Assembly: GCA_030141605.1 (NCBI GenBank)
Contig: JAQGDQ010000030.1
Span: 479,171-543,170 of the forward strand
Direction: 5' to 3'
Length of the DNA stretch: 64,000 nt
Source of the DNA: Tubiluchus corallicola
Lineage: Eukaryota; Animalia; Priapulida
Shown one piece after another: positions 51,084-64,000 of the stretch (positions are counted from its first letter, which is position 1; each line of letters begins with the position of its first letter). The translations under genes were made by a program, and so were the position numbers. Below the pieces are notes generated by a model that saw only the letters and a list, made by a program, of their open reading frames with translations, did not search any database and had not been told where the DNA came from.

Positions 51084-52599
51084 CAATAAATAATAGACAA
51101 ATTTGATTTTTGGAAGCAGGTCTGTGCTGATGCAGTCAAGGTAAAGCATGCACACTGCTCTGCAAAGGATTGCCAGTTTTGTTATCACTGGCGAGTTCAG
51201 TGTTGTACACAATAAATCGACATGAAAAAAGCATTGTTTATGAATTGACATTGTTATTTAAACTTGTGTAAATATGATTTTACTGGATTCTTTTTGGTGC
51301 AATTGTGTTTGTACTATTATATTAATAGTTGACCACATTGAACTAATTTGAATGAATAGTCAACTTGTCGAGAATGCCTTTTTAGTCATGTGCAAGATTC
51401 TTAAAGGGATCGTCAGAAGGTTTGTGATCAGAAGAGTACAGTCAGTTGTGCCTACGTATGGCACCTCTTAAAGAAAAAAGCGTGATTAGCAAATAGTGAC
51501 ATCACATTTTGCCAAAGCCTGTATTCATGTGTTACATTGTGGTTGTTTTTAGCAATTTTTCCTTTTAACCTTTCGTGTTATGGGTGCATATTATATCAAC
51601 TTCATTGGCATTTCTAATCAAAGTATTTGATAATCTGACTGGCATTGGTAGCATTTCTCTTTGGAAGATAAATGATGCTGTTCGTCATGCTACGCTTCCA
51701 TGAGGAATTAATTCGGGGCAACTTTTCTTAGGTAATCTTTTTTTGGCATTTGTGTTTAAAATGGTTGGTATATTAATGAATCACGCTACAGAGTACAAAG
51801 AAGTTCTAGATTATATTACATTGCCATTAAGTTTAAGGTCATTGATCAGTAAGATCACAAGGTTTTTAAAACTGATAAAAATAACTTTATTCACTTTACT
51901 TGCTCTTGATAACTTTGTGAGCATTAAGGTTGTTAAACATATTATAGTTTAATTACAATTGACAAATTATGCTAGCAAAATGAATTCCAGGTCATTATAG
52001 TTTCGTAATGTTTATAAATAAAGCGACAGTAGTTTTGCTGGTACATAGATAGAGGATTAGTTGACTGACATTTTTGTACAGATGTTTTTTTGGAATTGAT
52101 TGCTCTAATCATAATAACGTTGGGGTTAATTTAGAAAATTATGTAATTGAAAACAATTTTAATAAAATAATATTTACGTTACTATGCATGATTATATTCC
52201 ACAGTTTTTCTTTTAAAGTTGTTTACGGAAACATACAAGAACAAAAATAGCAAAAACAACAATTTAAATTAAAGTACCATGGTTAAAAAAGTTTATTATG
52301 TGTCTCTATTATGTAATTTGACATTTTTCATTACGCGTGTATAAATAACACGTCATCAAATGTCAGTTATTACTTAACAAGATATAACTTTGGCACAGCA
52401 TATAGTGAAAATTTGGCACAGCATATCTTAAAGTTAAATAAAGTAATCATATTGGCAAAGAGTAAATGCATGTTGATCATATACACAAGTAATGAAGCTA
52501 ATTTTAATTCCTAACGCATCGGTGAGCTCTTCTTGCTAGATATAAATAATTGTACACTGAAGATAATTTACAATTTTTTTGATGCTTGACGTGCGAAAA

Positions 52600-55500
52600 C
52601 TAAATTTCAATAGTTTGTTTTGTCAGAGGCTTTAAATTAAAGCCAGCTCCCCGTGTTACTTTCTTTTCTGCTTGCATAAGTGGTTGTTGACTGATGGCTT
52701 GTGTCAAAAGCTGATGTTGTTTTTCAGCTTGTTGATGTTCTTTTCGCTTCATTGAATAATATTTTGATTTAACTTCCTAAAATGCAGAAAGATTGTGTTA
52801 CACATTAAAACTGATGATAAAATTGTCAGTAAACTCAATAAAGCTTTGTTTTTGACAGTTTATCAAAAAATAAGTCTATTTTTGCCCATCACTGATAGAA
52901 TTATTGCAATTCCTAGTTTAGTGATTAAAACCGAAAGAGTTGCCACTGTGTGGTTTCTTATTTAAATTTAGGATAGTTTGATTTTTTTCAACGATGTCTT
53001 CTGATTTCTAGATGCTGCTTCTGTAACATCTGCATTTTTGTAGCATCTTGAAGATGTCATTATACATTTAATATATGTATCCATTTAAAAGAAAATGAAA
53101 CTTTTTGGCTATTATTGAAAAGAAGGACAACTTTTTTGGCTTATACCAACAAATGCTGCTGTGTTTAGACATATCATAAAGAACTCGTTTAACATTTTCT
53201 TTCTCTTAAAAGATTTTTCTCACCTCTAGTTCTTTGGCTAACCTCTGAATCTCGAACTTGTATTCGCTCACTTGTGATTCAGTTCTGTTCATTTCAGCTG
53301 TTAGACAACGAATCTCCTTCGCTCTGGCCTAAAAATAAACAATCTGGTGCAGATAAAATTTATTATTACAGTTAGGTTAGTTTTATTTACTACTCTTTGT
53401 AGTAAAATAGTGGTCTCTTTTTTCTTTACTTACCTTAAGTTTCTGTCGATATGCCAATAACTGTTCTGCAACTTCAGGTCCAGGTTGCCGAGACAACTTC
53501 TGTTTCAGCTCTGCGTACAGCCGCTCTTTTTCCTGGATCTGTTGTTCTTTCTCCACCACCTCTTCAGTTTTCTGGATCAGCCGCTTTTGCAATGTCTGCA
53601 TTTTTTGTAGCATCTCAAATGCTCCCGGGTCGCTGCCTTCCAATTTCCGCCATCTAATGCCAGTAAATTTGAATTAATATTCTGCTAATGACTTGGGAGG
53701 TCAACTAATTGAAGTGCTGGCTACACAGCAACTTGTAGTGATAGACATAGCCACTATGATAACTCAGAAATATTTTAGATATTTAAATTATGCACTGTGT
53801 TGTAGAAAATAGATAAAAGCATTAAGCAGTCCATGTCTATCACTTTTTTCCTGTACATGGGAATTACAAAAGTGTGAACAGGTGAAGGGTGCTATTGTCA
53901 GTTATTAAAGAACACACCCAGAATCTCACACATGTTGTAGCACAGTAGTATTCAGGTAATAGTAATAATGTTGTTTTATATAATTTTAAATCAAAAGTGC
54001 TTAAAAGGCAAAACCACACAAACGAGACAAAATGCGAAACTCCACTCTAACATTTTAACCATCCAGCCATTAAAATACCATGGGTTGCACTTAAATTTTG
54101 GCCTAATACAATATTTCTACTTACCTATGGACATTCATTGGATTTTCTAACTCCTCTTCTAAAGCTTTACATCGTGTCTTTGAGCGAAGCAGTTCTCTGT
54201 GAGTTGCATGAACTTCTCGCTTGACCTCATCATTCTTTTCCATTGATTTATTTAATATCTTTCTTTCTCTTCGAAGTTCTTTTACCTAAAGACAAACTCG
54301 TGTAAAACTTATGGAATCCACAGATTTGAAAGCAATGAGGAAATGATACAGATTACAACCAAGTGAGTTAACAATGCACAATGAAATGTTTTTTTTCGGT
54401 AGGCTGTCTAGTTTTTGGATTAACTGTGTATGTTCACAGATTGGAATCGTTGTCATCACAGCATGTTTTTGAAAAAATATAACTGGTTATGTATGTTCTT
54501 TATAGTGTGTATTGTTGTTTGGTTAATAGTTTGGTGCAGTTGTGGTAACAGAATGAAATGCCAATAACTGGTTTCTCTTTTTAGGCTTATTATCCTGTCG
54601 TGTATTTATTATTGGTACATTGAATATGTCCTACGGGGCGTGAAACATCTGGGATTAAAAAAGTAACATTAGTTACACTTAAATCTACAAATACTATGCA
54701 TATCTTTGTTGAAACATGGATAGTTGTGTATTATTGATGGTCACAATTAACGATGGTAATGTTGGTATGGATGATGGTGATATTGACGAATTGCGGTGAA
54801 AATGATGATGACAACGATAATTATGGCTCGATAATGATGAAGTAATAATGGCGTTTCAACTACGATTATGTGGTCATGATTATAAGGATGCAAATGTTAT
54901 AACAATGACAGAACTGTGGTAATGAAAAGTAATAACAAAAATCTTTACCTCTAATTTTAAAACCCGTATGTCTTCGAGCCGTGCAGTGTACTGGGATTCA
55001 CCTTTATTTAGTGTAGAGTGTAGTATCTTTATTTTCTCATACAGTATGGCCAACTCATCATTTCGTCTTACTAACTGTGTACCAAGGACATCTCTTTCAT
55101 TAATCACCTGTGGCAAACATCACACATTTTTGAAATTTTATATTTCTTTTGTCATAATTAGCACATAAAAAGGTATGCTTGTTTAAAGGAAAGGACAAGT
55201 CACTTGGCATGTTGGGTTTATTTGACAGTTATCACTTAAACTTAGAAAAATATAATAAACAAATTTTGCAAAAACTGTCTATACAGCACAAAGTTAATTT
55301 ATACTACCGCTGAATACAAATGTTCAGGCATTCACTTGAAAATTATGACATAACTGGTGGACTTCGTGACTTTTCGTAAATGCATTGTGACTTTCCATAA
55401 GCGCGAGCTAGCTACATAAACTGATTCATACTTCTGCAGCTTGCCTAATGTTCATGCAAAAATATCACAAAATTAACTATCTATTTTTTTGTAAAAACTT

Positions 55501-58500
55501 ATTATTATTTTTTTGGTCGTTGACACTGTGTTGCATTTGTTCAGTCGATGAACAACGTCATTGGTGGAAGAATGGGTGCAAAATGGGAACACGCAAGCAT
55601 GAAATGATCGCAACTTACTAATTACACGAAGTGCTCATCACACTCTTAATCCTCGTTTCATTTTTCTGGAAACTTAAAATAAGCCCAACTTCCCAGAAGG
55701 CTTGGCTTTTTCTTTAAAGAAATATGTGTATCTAAAAACTCGTCATAATCAATAAGAGCAATAAATAGAATCAATCAAAGAGGATCTATGTAGTTGATCA
55801 TGGGTGTTGCAAATCTGCTGAGTCTAATGCAACATCTATGTTAGTAATGAGAATAGTTGTAAAAATAACTAGAGCTATTGTCATACTACAAGCAATGATA
55901 ACCATGACAACACCAAGCAATTGCTATGAAAAATAATTCAATCAACCAATTTCTGAGTTCGAAAGATCGGAAGTGAAATTGGATTTGAACCAGTGATTTT
56001 TGAAGCATTTGCTCAAAGCCATGTCCAGTGTAAAAACTGTTTGATGACAGAAATTACTATACTACAAACGGTGTCTTAATATTTATTGTTGTCATATAAG
56101 TGTGTAATTAAAGACAGGTTCGATCTAGTGCCTAGCTCAACCTCAAACCTGCATATAGTCCTCTGCCTTGAAGTTATACTTTGCATTTGCAGTATCAAAA
56201 TTAACAATAATAGTCAATATATGCAGATGTTCATCTTTTTTGTGGTTGAAATGTATTGCAATTTGGTAAGTATCTAAAATATCTCTCGTTGATAATTAGT
56301 GTAGTATTCTTTTAATTCCATTTTAGTAAATAATGTAATGTTTTGTTAGTATTCTAGTAGGCCTACCACAGGGCAAAACGCATGAAAATCATCAATAAAT
56401 ATTTAGTCAATGATATTATACTAGTTAGTGCATTAATAATGACACTGTGACATTTTTTAGAATCTAAAGACATTTCACGTGTTTTTACCTGATCAAGTTC
56501 CTTCTTTTGCTTCGTCCGTTCAACATCGGCTTCTGCAATGATGCGCGTTAGGTTTTTCAGCTCTGCTGCTTGTGTTTCCAGCTGTGATTTCATGTCAGCG
56601 GCCTGCTGTTTCATTTTTGTAAGCTCAGCCCTCAGAGCTTCTTTTTCTTTCTCCACCTTCTGCCACTCGATGTGCTCTTTGACGAGTGCTGCTTCTTTAG
56701 CTGTAGTCAGAGAGAAGCACTATGAATATGTAATACGATGAACCCGAATCGGTAGAAATCACAAAATGAGCCTTATGGGCATATAAAATCAATGAAACAT
56801 TTATTAACCTTTTACATAGGTTTTTTTTCAAGGACAAAGGGCTTTAGTCTTTCGACACAAGACCGTCTTCATGAACATCATTGTTATAATTATACTGTCA
56901 CTCATTTACTATTATTAATAACATTATTATCAATTTTGTCCCAAACACTAACAAACATTAATAATAAATGCCTCTGTTATTGCCGCATGTTGTAATCATC
57001 ACTCATATTTTCATTGTAATCTGATCTACTCATCATCATTAAGCTGTGGTGAAAGGCTGAGTGGTCATGCTCAAGCTTTGCAAGTGAAATTGAGCTATGC
57101 CGACTTTATTCGCTATACTGATTCTGTCTGTTTACCTTAGGGGGAGGGAGGAGTCACATGCAAACGTCACTTAGATACCGCTGCTGGTTCAGTGGCTCAT
57201 CATACTTAGCCTTGACTCCAGTAACTCATATTACTGAATAAGCCCTGCTACTAAATCCTGATTTCTAGCTTGCAGTGTGCAGCTACTCATCGTTTGTTTT
57301 TGTTTAGTTTGAGCCAATGTTTTATTTTTGCTTATCTATATTTTTTACTGTCGTTCTGTTTTTGTTGTCATAAAAATGTATTTTTTATTACACTGATTAT
57401 ACTCATATTTGCCATTAAATGTTATTTTTATTTGCAATTATTTTAATACAAGCTAATAGTTTATTATGTTGCTTACAAATCTTTTTTTTCTTGTATTGTT
57501 TAGATTTATGTATTTAACTATTTTTGCTTTGTTTTTTGTTTATTAACAATTAATTATTATTGTTCTATCATGTTTTTTCATTTTATTGTTTTTGCTTCCT
57601 GCACCATCATCTTTTCACTACTGAGTGTTGTGATTATTTTTATTAAACTCGGCATTTGCATGAAAACAAAGGAGAATAGATGACCCTTTGGTCCCTCCGT
57701 GTCCTGGTCCCTGATCGGTAATTGTATTCGTTTAACACTGAACTAACATTATTACTGTAAATATTACTGTATTACTGGAGAAAATAAAATGTTCTATGTG
57801 CCCAGAACTGCAAGGAACCATGAACTGAGTACAAACAAAAGTGATTGACAATCAGAACAATACTTCAACGTTGGCTAAATTTTCCTGTTCATTACAAGGG
57901 TAGGTATCTCTAAGATTCCAAGACAGAAAAATGCTTATTTGTTCAGTAATCGACAGTAATAATGTGATTAGCTAATTTTGTGTAATAATTACCAGCAATT
58001 TCTTCCTTTAGTTGGTCCATTTGGTGAATGACAATCTTCAATTTTCGCTTCATCTCGGATATCTCGTCCTGTGCTTCCACCAAGTTCTTGCTGTACAAGT
58101 TCCTCTCTGCTCGCACCGTCTCGTACATGTTCTGCTGACGTTTGAGTTTAGTCTCCGCTTCATCGATACTTTTCTGATAGTCGAATATCTGCATCTCACG
58201 CGACTGAAATATTACGAGCAGGAAAATACTTAACTTCAACAAGATACCCAAGCAAGGTATATGAGAATTTATCCAAACATATTTGATCAATGATTACAAT
58301 GAATGCCCATTAAAGTATATCAATCTCGAAGTTGATTTGCACAGTAAAATTATGTATAGTCTAGTGGCAAAACACAACAAATAAGTGCATCAATTACGAT
58401 TGCTGTCATTTAAATTTAGCTGGAGTTACAAAACTTTCTAAATCTTGTGAGATTAGACTTACAATATCTTTGTCTACAATATCTATTGAAGCCACCAATT

Positions 58501-61500
58501 AGAAAAAGGTATAGAATATTATAGACTATGTAAGTATAAGTTTATTTACTACATATATCAAAAAATAAAAATGGTTTTCCGGGGACAGCATTACTTTCAA
58601 AGACTAGTGAAAATTCTGGCTATGCATGTTTGCAGTATACCTTAATTTCATCAACATTTTGTAACACTCTTTGTGTGAGCTCTGCAGCTTCTCGAACGTA
58701 ACGCTCGCGGTCTTTTTCCAGCTGCTGGATGATCTTTCGCTGCTTTGACACTTCATCTTTGTAATTCTAAAGAAAAAGTATGTAACTTTGTAGTTTGTAA
58801 TCCGAATACTTTGTGGTTGAAAACATTTTAGTGCTAAAAAATTTCTGCAAAAGAATCAGGCCTAGTTCATGATATGTACTGACAACGTAAAACCATCTTA
58901 CAGATGCATTTAATTTATTTAAAAAAATTGCGAATTGTTCATTAGCACCTGTATTTCACGTTCCAAATGCTTTTTAGTCTGCTCGTGAACTTTAACCACA
59001 TCTAAATGCTTTTGGGTCACTGCTGTAGCATTTAGAAGATTCTTGTTTAACACATCTCTTTCACGCATTAAATCTTCAATGTTTTTGTGGTCCTGCAAAA
59101 TTGACAATTCATACTTTATTAGCAAGTATTCTTGGGATTCTAGTCTGTTTTCATTCTACTGGAAAAATAGGTTGAACAGAAATTTAAGCAACATGTAGTA
59201 AAGAGCTCTACTATTTAGCCTCGAAATAAACACTTCATAAAAAGACTATTTCATGGATGTAACATAGAATTTGATATAGCCGTTTAAAATTGTACTATAA
59301 ATTATCATGTTACAAGATTAAAGTCTCACCATGTAATTCATGAATAAATAACAAGTAATCTTTAAACTGTTTTAGTTTACGTCATTTTGCTTATTGATGA
59401 GCACATTATTCACTATGACTAACTAATTTCACAGAAATCAAAAATGGTATATGATTTTTTGCTTATCACCATTTTGTACTAACCTGATCAACCTGTTTTC
59501 GGGTCGCTTCTAGCTCTCTCTCAAGACCAGTAATCTGATTCTTTAGCGTGTCTCTCGTGCATTCAACATCGTACTTTTGCTCCTCGATAACCTTCAGTTT
59601 ACGTTGCACAGTTTCACGCATTCTTGTCAGTCGTGCCGACTCCTGCTTTAGTTGCGTAATTTCATCTTCCTTTATCTATCCATATTTAAAAAGTGATTAG
59701 AAGCACAAATAGACATAAGAAAACTTAGAAACAACAGCAGATCTACCTCTGCTGATAAGTACAGAGAAAATATCATACTCAGTCGATTAGATAAGCTGTA
59801 CTAGCTCTGTTTACTAAATAATAACACAACTAAAAAAGCTATAGCTATGCATATAAATTTCTGCATGTGTGGATCAGTATGACAGAGAAGACAATGATGA
59901 TAACAAAAATGAGAATGGCGATAATGATAAATGCAGAGATTACAAATTATACATGCACTATTCTTAGCGATAGAGTAGATCTTTCATGTAGTTCTATACC
60001 TTTATGCTGTTTCAGTCTAGCCATTAGTATCGGTTTGATAAATAAGGTTGACAAAATAATTAATTATGTTTACTCTTTATACTTGAGTTTAACCTCTGCT
60101 TTGATACTGTCTCTTATTCTTGCCTACCTTGAGCTCAGCAGCTTTTCTCGTGTTTTCATTTGCCATCTGATCCAGTTGAATGGTTTGATTATCGTATTCA
60201 TTCTGCAACTTTTGTAAGCGACTGTTAAGTATATCTTGTTCTTTAACTGCTTTTTCCTGGACTGCTCTGCAACAAACAATTAGTGCTTAAGGTTATTATC
60301 TCCTAATAAAGCGTAAACTGTCAGAGACGATGGCATGGTAGTTTCTATAAATGTACTGCCACCTAACGGCAAGTGTATTAACAATTATTAGAGAACACCA
60401 TTTCAATGTGAAATGCAGCAAAAAAGAAGAAACTTTATGGTTCTAGCCTCTCAGATGTGTGAAATCTACAGTTGAAAGCACAAAAATTGCAAAAGTAAAT
60501 AAAAGATTTCACCTGTTCTGCCGCACCTGTTCTTCCAGCTTCACTACATCCTCCTTACTCTTGGTTAACTGTGTTGTTAGGTTTTTTATATCTAGTGCCT
60601 TCAGTTCATTATCAGCTTTTAGTTGCCTTAATTCACGTTCAAGTTTGTCACGTTTCCGTGTCTCACGTTGTATTTCATTATTACGAACCTAAATTAGGAA
60701 CATTTTAGCAATTACAAAATTATGGGATTATATTTTTTAACATTATGGGGGATTCAATTTTGGCAGTAAAACTAAAATGTAAAAACTTTTAGATAAATAG
60801 GTTAAACTGAGTGGTAGACTAGTTTTTACAAAGACAATTGGCTAATTAAACAAGGTTTTAACATTAATGAAACATGAGCATCAGTCAATTTTGGATTTAC
60901 TTTGGCTTAAAATATGTAACCCTTGTTATGAAATAATCTATCATTGTTACACATCAATAATACTTAAATATTCAAAGGTATTTATTATAAAGGATTGAAA
61001 TATTGACAGTGATAAGCTGTAAGTGACTGATATAAAGTTGAAGCTAAAACAGTTATAAAATTTAATGTCATTGTCAAAGTTTTGAGAGGTATTAAAAGCT
61101 TGTGACATAATTTGTAGAGATCTACGTATAATGGAATCCAGATATCTAGATGTGGCTGCACTCGATGTGGCTAATTTATGTTTATTCGCCACACTTTCAC
61201 CTATACACAGTAATTAAAAATTACGTAATATTATTACGCTACATTTTGTTTTAATTTTGTTACGTTTGTACTAATAATTTTTACTAGCAGAAAAATAGAC
61301 AAATTCTAATTCTTCTAATTATAATTCTACGTCTGATTTTGATCAATACTGCAACTTAGCCTTACATGAATTCAGATCCGGTAAAAGTATATACTATAGC
61401 TAGAAGCTTTTCCATCATAAAATATGCTCATGAATTCATTGAACTACTATAAAATTCATGCAAAAGAGCTTTCCATGTCCATTAACAATGTGAGTACCAT

Positions 61501-63232
61501 TCAAACTTCCAAGCGTTTAGATTTAGAACTACGTGTATAGGAAAAATGCAACGAAAACTTGATTTATAATACTGGCAGATCACGAGTAGATCTAGAATGG
61601 GCAAAGTGAATTTAGTACATTTCTAGAGTTGGTGTGTTTACCTGACATTCCTGTTCAACATCTGCAATTTTGGCCTTCGTTTCAGCTAGATCTTTTTCCA
61701 ATTTCTCCTTTACATCTGTTGACTGGGTCATTTCCTTGCGAAGCTCAGTTGCCTCTACGAGTAAGTTGTCTCTTTCCTTTATGAGTTCTACTTTTACTCT
61801 TTATGGAAATAATATACATTAATAAGAAAGTGAGAATTTTAAAGAAAAATGATAAATCTTTTATTTTAAGGAAGAAAGAATGATAAGGAAGAGAGAGAGA
61901 GAGGGAGGGAGGGAGGGAGGAAGGGAGGGGTATAAGATAATAATGGTATTCATTATTCAAATCTCAATTCATTTTTTTACTTTTTAAGGAATTAAAATTT
62001 TCATTAATTATTAGATCAGAACAGCTGTTCACATCATCCTTAATCTATGGAATTAGTAAATTAGTAATTACTGTACAGTTCATGGGTGTTTCTATAAAAT
62101 CCACTTGTTCAGGTGTACTTTTAAATGAGTGGTAAATGTAAGGAAAATATAACAATAATTACCTAACTCTTTAGGTTGCCCACTCAAACTATGTGTATGC
62201 CCGCTAATTGTGACAAATGGGTTTGGTTAAAGTGACACAGGAATGGGGCTAAAATGGGTTCAATACTTGTACAGTAAATAATGAGTTTAATAATAGGTTC
62301 AATGGCTTAACTATAATTCATGATGTATTGGCCATTCTTGTATTAGTTGTCATAATTAGATCTACTGAGATTTCCCGGGAACAAATCTTTCACAAACTAT
62401 GCTTGAACAAAAGAATTATGATACCACTACATACTTCAGCAACTCATTGACATTGTGCTCCTGCCCAAGAGTCAGGCCGGCACCTGCTTCCACAAGTTTG
62501 CTTAAATTATTTATCTCTAACTTCAGAGCTTGGACAGTTTCCTTAGCTTTGACTTCTTTCTCATGAGCTGCATCAACCATTTTCCATGCTTTCTCGATCT
62601 CCTGCTTTAGAGCCGAGATGGTAGCTTGATCTTCTTGACTTAGCTTGAGTGCTGTTTGAACCTAATAAAAAAAAGCATTCAAATTTATTTAAAAGCACCA
62701 CCCTATAATGCTTCCCTTTTCTTTGCTATATGGCATCACATTATGTAAACTACACTGTTGCTTGCACTGTATTGCCACCTATTCAAATTTCAGCAATAAC
62801 TTTCAATATTTTTTGCTAAATAACATTAAATAAATAATGATACTTGAATTTCTTAATAATTATAAAACAGTAAATAAGCACAGCTAAAGAAAATAATTAA
62901 GCTTGTATAGCACTCTCTGTACTTATAATTTCATGGCTACATCAATATAAAGTAAACTATATTTACCTTTGTCGCATTGGACACTATTTCCGCATTTAGT
63001 TCTCGGCATCTCTGCATTAACCGTTGCTCACTATCATGTGATTTCACTAAAGCTTTGTGCAACTTCTCGTATTCTTTTTGAAACTTTTCTAAAGATTTGT
63101 CACCAGTTAGTTCCAAAATTGTTTCCTGAAATAGTCTCAATATGAAACATGTACGTTGACTTAGCTAGTATATATATATATATATATATATATATCATAT
63201 ATTATGTTATCTGTGCATAAATATAATATATA

Positions 63233-63280
<48 letters not shown>

Positions 63281-63653
63281 CCATCACTAACTGAAGTTTG
63301 ATAACTGATCATTTTATTGGGAATTAATTTGGGATAGGAGCAAACCGATAGCAAAAGCACTATTCAACAACAAATTGCACCTATTATTATAATAAATTTT
63401 TATAATGTGTTTTAATTACAAGGTATACCAGATAAAAATTTTTTAAACGAATTATTTACATAAGTAAAATAAGGTTAATTAATATAACTATATACTCGTG
63501 CAGTTAACTTGTGCAGTATTAGTTGCTGGGTTGACAACAGGGAACTATGATAACAACGAAACTCAAAACTCAGATGAGTTTACTTCATACTTGAAATTCT
63601 TTTTCAAGAGCTTCAAAAGTGTCATCATCAAATTGCTTTTTTTCTTCAGTCAT
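52600..63653 (-). CDS. CFAP58: Cilia- and flagella-associated protein 58 (CCDC147); 16 exons, about 875 aa coiled coil
   Basis: Exons: 63653-63591, 63125-62967, 62661-62435, 61798-61642, 60688-60513, 60266-60128, 59675-59484, 59092-58949, 58766-58641, 58203-57993, 56700-56489, 55107-54949, 54285-54125, 53653-53434, 53328-53224, 52776-52600 (2628 nt). Motifs EIEKAWKMVDAAHEKE, ERDVLGTQLVRRNDEL, ENPMNVHRWRKLEGSDP, RQPGPEVAEQL. Confidence 0.94.
52969..53049 (-). pseudogene. Decayed copy of part of CFAP58 exon 14 within intron 15
   Basis: Aligns codon-wise to 53533-53616: MLQ(fs)MQMLQKQ(fs)I*KSEDIVEKNQTI versus MLQKMQTLQKRLIQKTEEVVEKEQQI. Confidence 0.75.
57041..57310 (+). mobile_element. Possible SINE relic in CFAP58 intron 10
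   Basis: A-box-like AGGCTGAGTGG, GC-richer body, (TTTG)n-like tail. Confidence 0.3.
61870..61930. repeat. (GA)n/(GGGA)n purine tract
   Basis: Directly visible in CFAP58 intron 3. Confidence 0.9.
63169..63278. repeat. Interrupted (TA)n microsatellite
   Basis: Directly visible in CFAP58 intron 1. Confidence 0.95.
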
Positions 63654-63826
63654 TGTTAAAACTGCTCTTTTTCTCTTAGCTGGTTTTAACACAATTTACT
63701 TTCAAACACTACAGTAACAACTTTTACAGCAAATCACTGCAAGTCACTGGCATTTTTAGTTTTCTGTTTAGCCCCTTCTGCCTCACTGTTGTTTCGAGTA
63801 TGTTGTTTCGAGGGACGCAGACGGCA

Positions 63827-63841
63827 GTTTCCAATAGCAAC
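63827..63841. promoter_or_regulatory. RFX X-box upstream of CFAP58
   Basis: GTTTCC-AAT-AGCAAC about 175 bp upstream of the CFAP58 ATG; fits the X-box pattern typical of ciliary gene promoters. Confidence 0.7.
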
Positions 63842-64000
63842 GTAGCATCGTACGCGATAATTAACGAAAATTAAATTTAAAAAAAATTAGCAGCTTGATT
63901 TTATGTACTGCTAAGAGTTGACGGTGAAATTAATTTGAGCTCTTTTTTATAAAAAGAATGTGCAGAAATTAAATATAATTAAAAATATATACATTCACAA

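Noticed and set aside
52389-52426. 15-bp direct repeat TTTGGCACAGCATAT x2
   Set aside because: Only two copies with an 8-nt spacer; local duplication, not a CRISPR-like array.
1-64000. Prokaryotic-type systems (CRISPR, operons, defence islands), rRNA or intact tRNA genes
   Set aside because: The window is spliced animal genomic DNA; no such structures seen.

Overview
AT-rich eukaryotic (animal, probably invertebrate) genomic DNA with four spliced genes. (1) The 3' part of a very large, mostly disordered AT-hook protein on one exon of at least 9.17 kb (+, open at the left edge). (2) Ribophorin I / RPN1 (-, 11 exons, about 604 aa). (3) Importin-9 / IPO9 (+, 24 exons, about 1043 aa), head-to-head with RPN1 across 351 bp. 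(4) CFAP58/CCDC147 (-, 16 exons, about 875 aa) with an RFX X-box upstream. Exon chains were traced by hand with consistent phases. Introns carry piggyBac-, hAT-, Harbinger-, Kolobok- and pogo-like MITEs, a Charlie/SPIN-type transposase relic, an R1-like LINE 3' fragment and tRNA-derived SINE relics. I see no convincing new multi-gene system. The most notable signals are a U12-type intron in IPO9, a decayed but coding-diverged copy of CFAP58 exon 14 in intron 15, an eroded AT-hook array, a 35-bp G-U-tolerant hairpin antisense in RPN1 intron 1, and an unidentified coding-like relic in IPO9 intron 3. All homology calls are by recognition, not database search.
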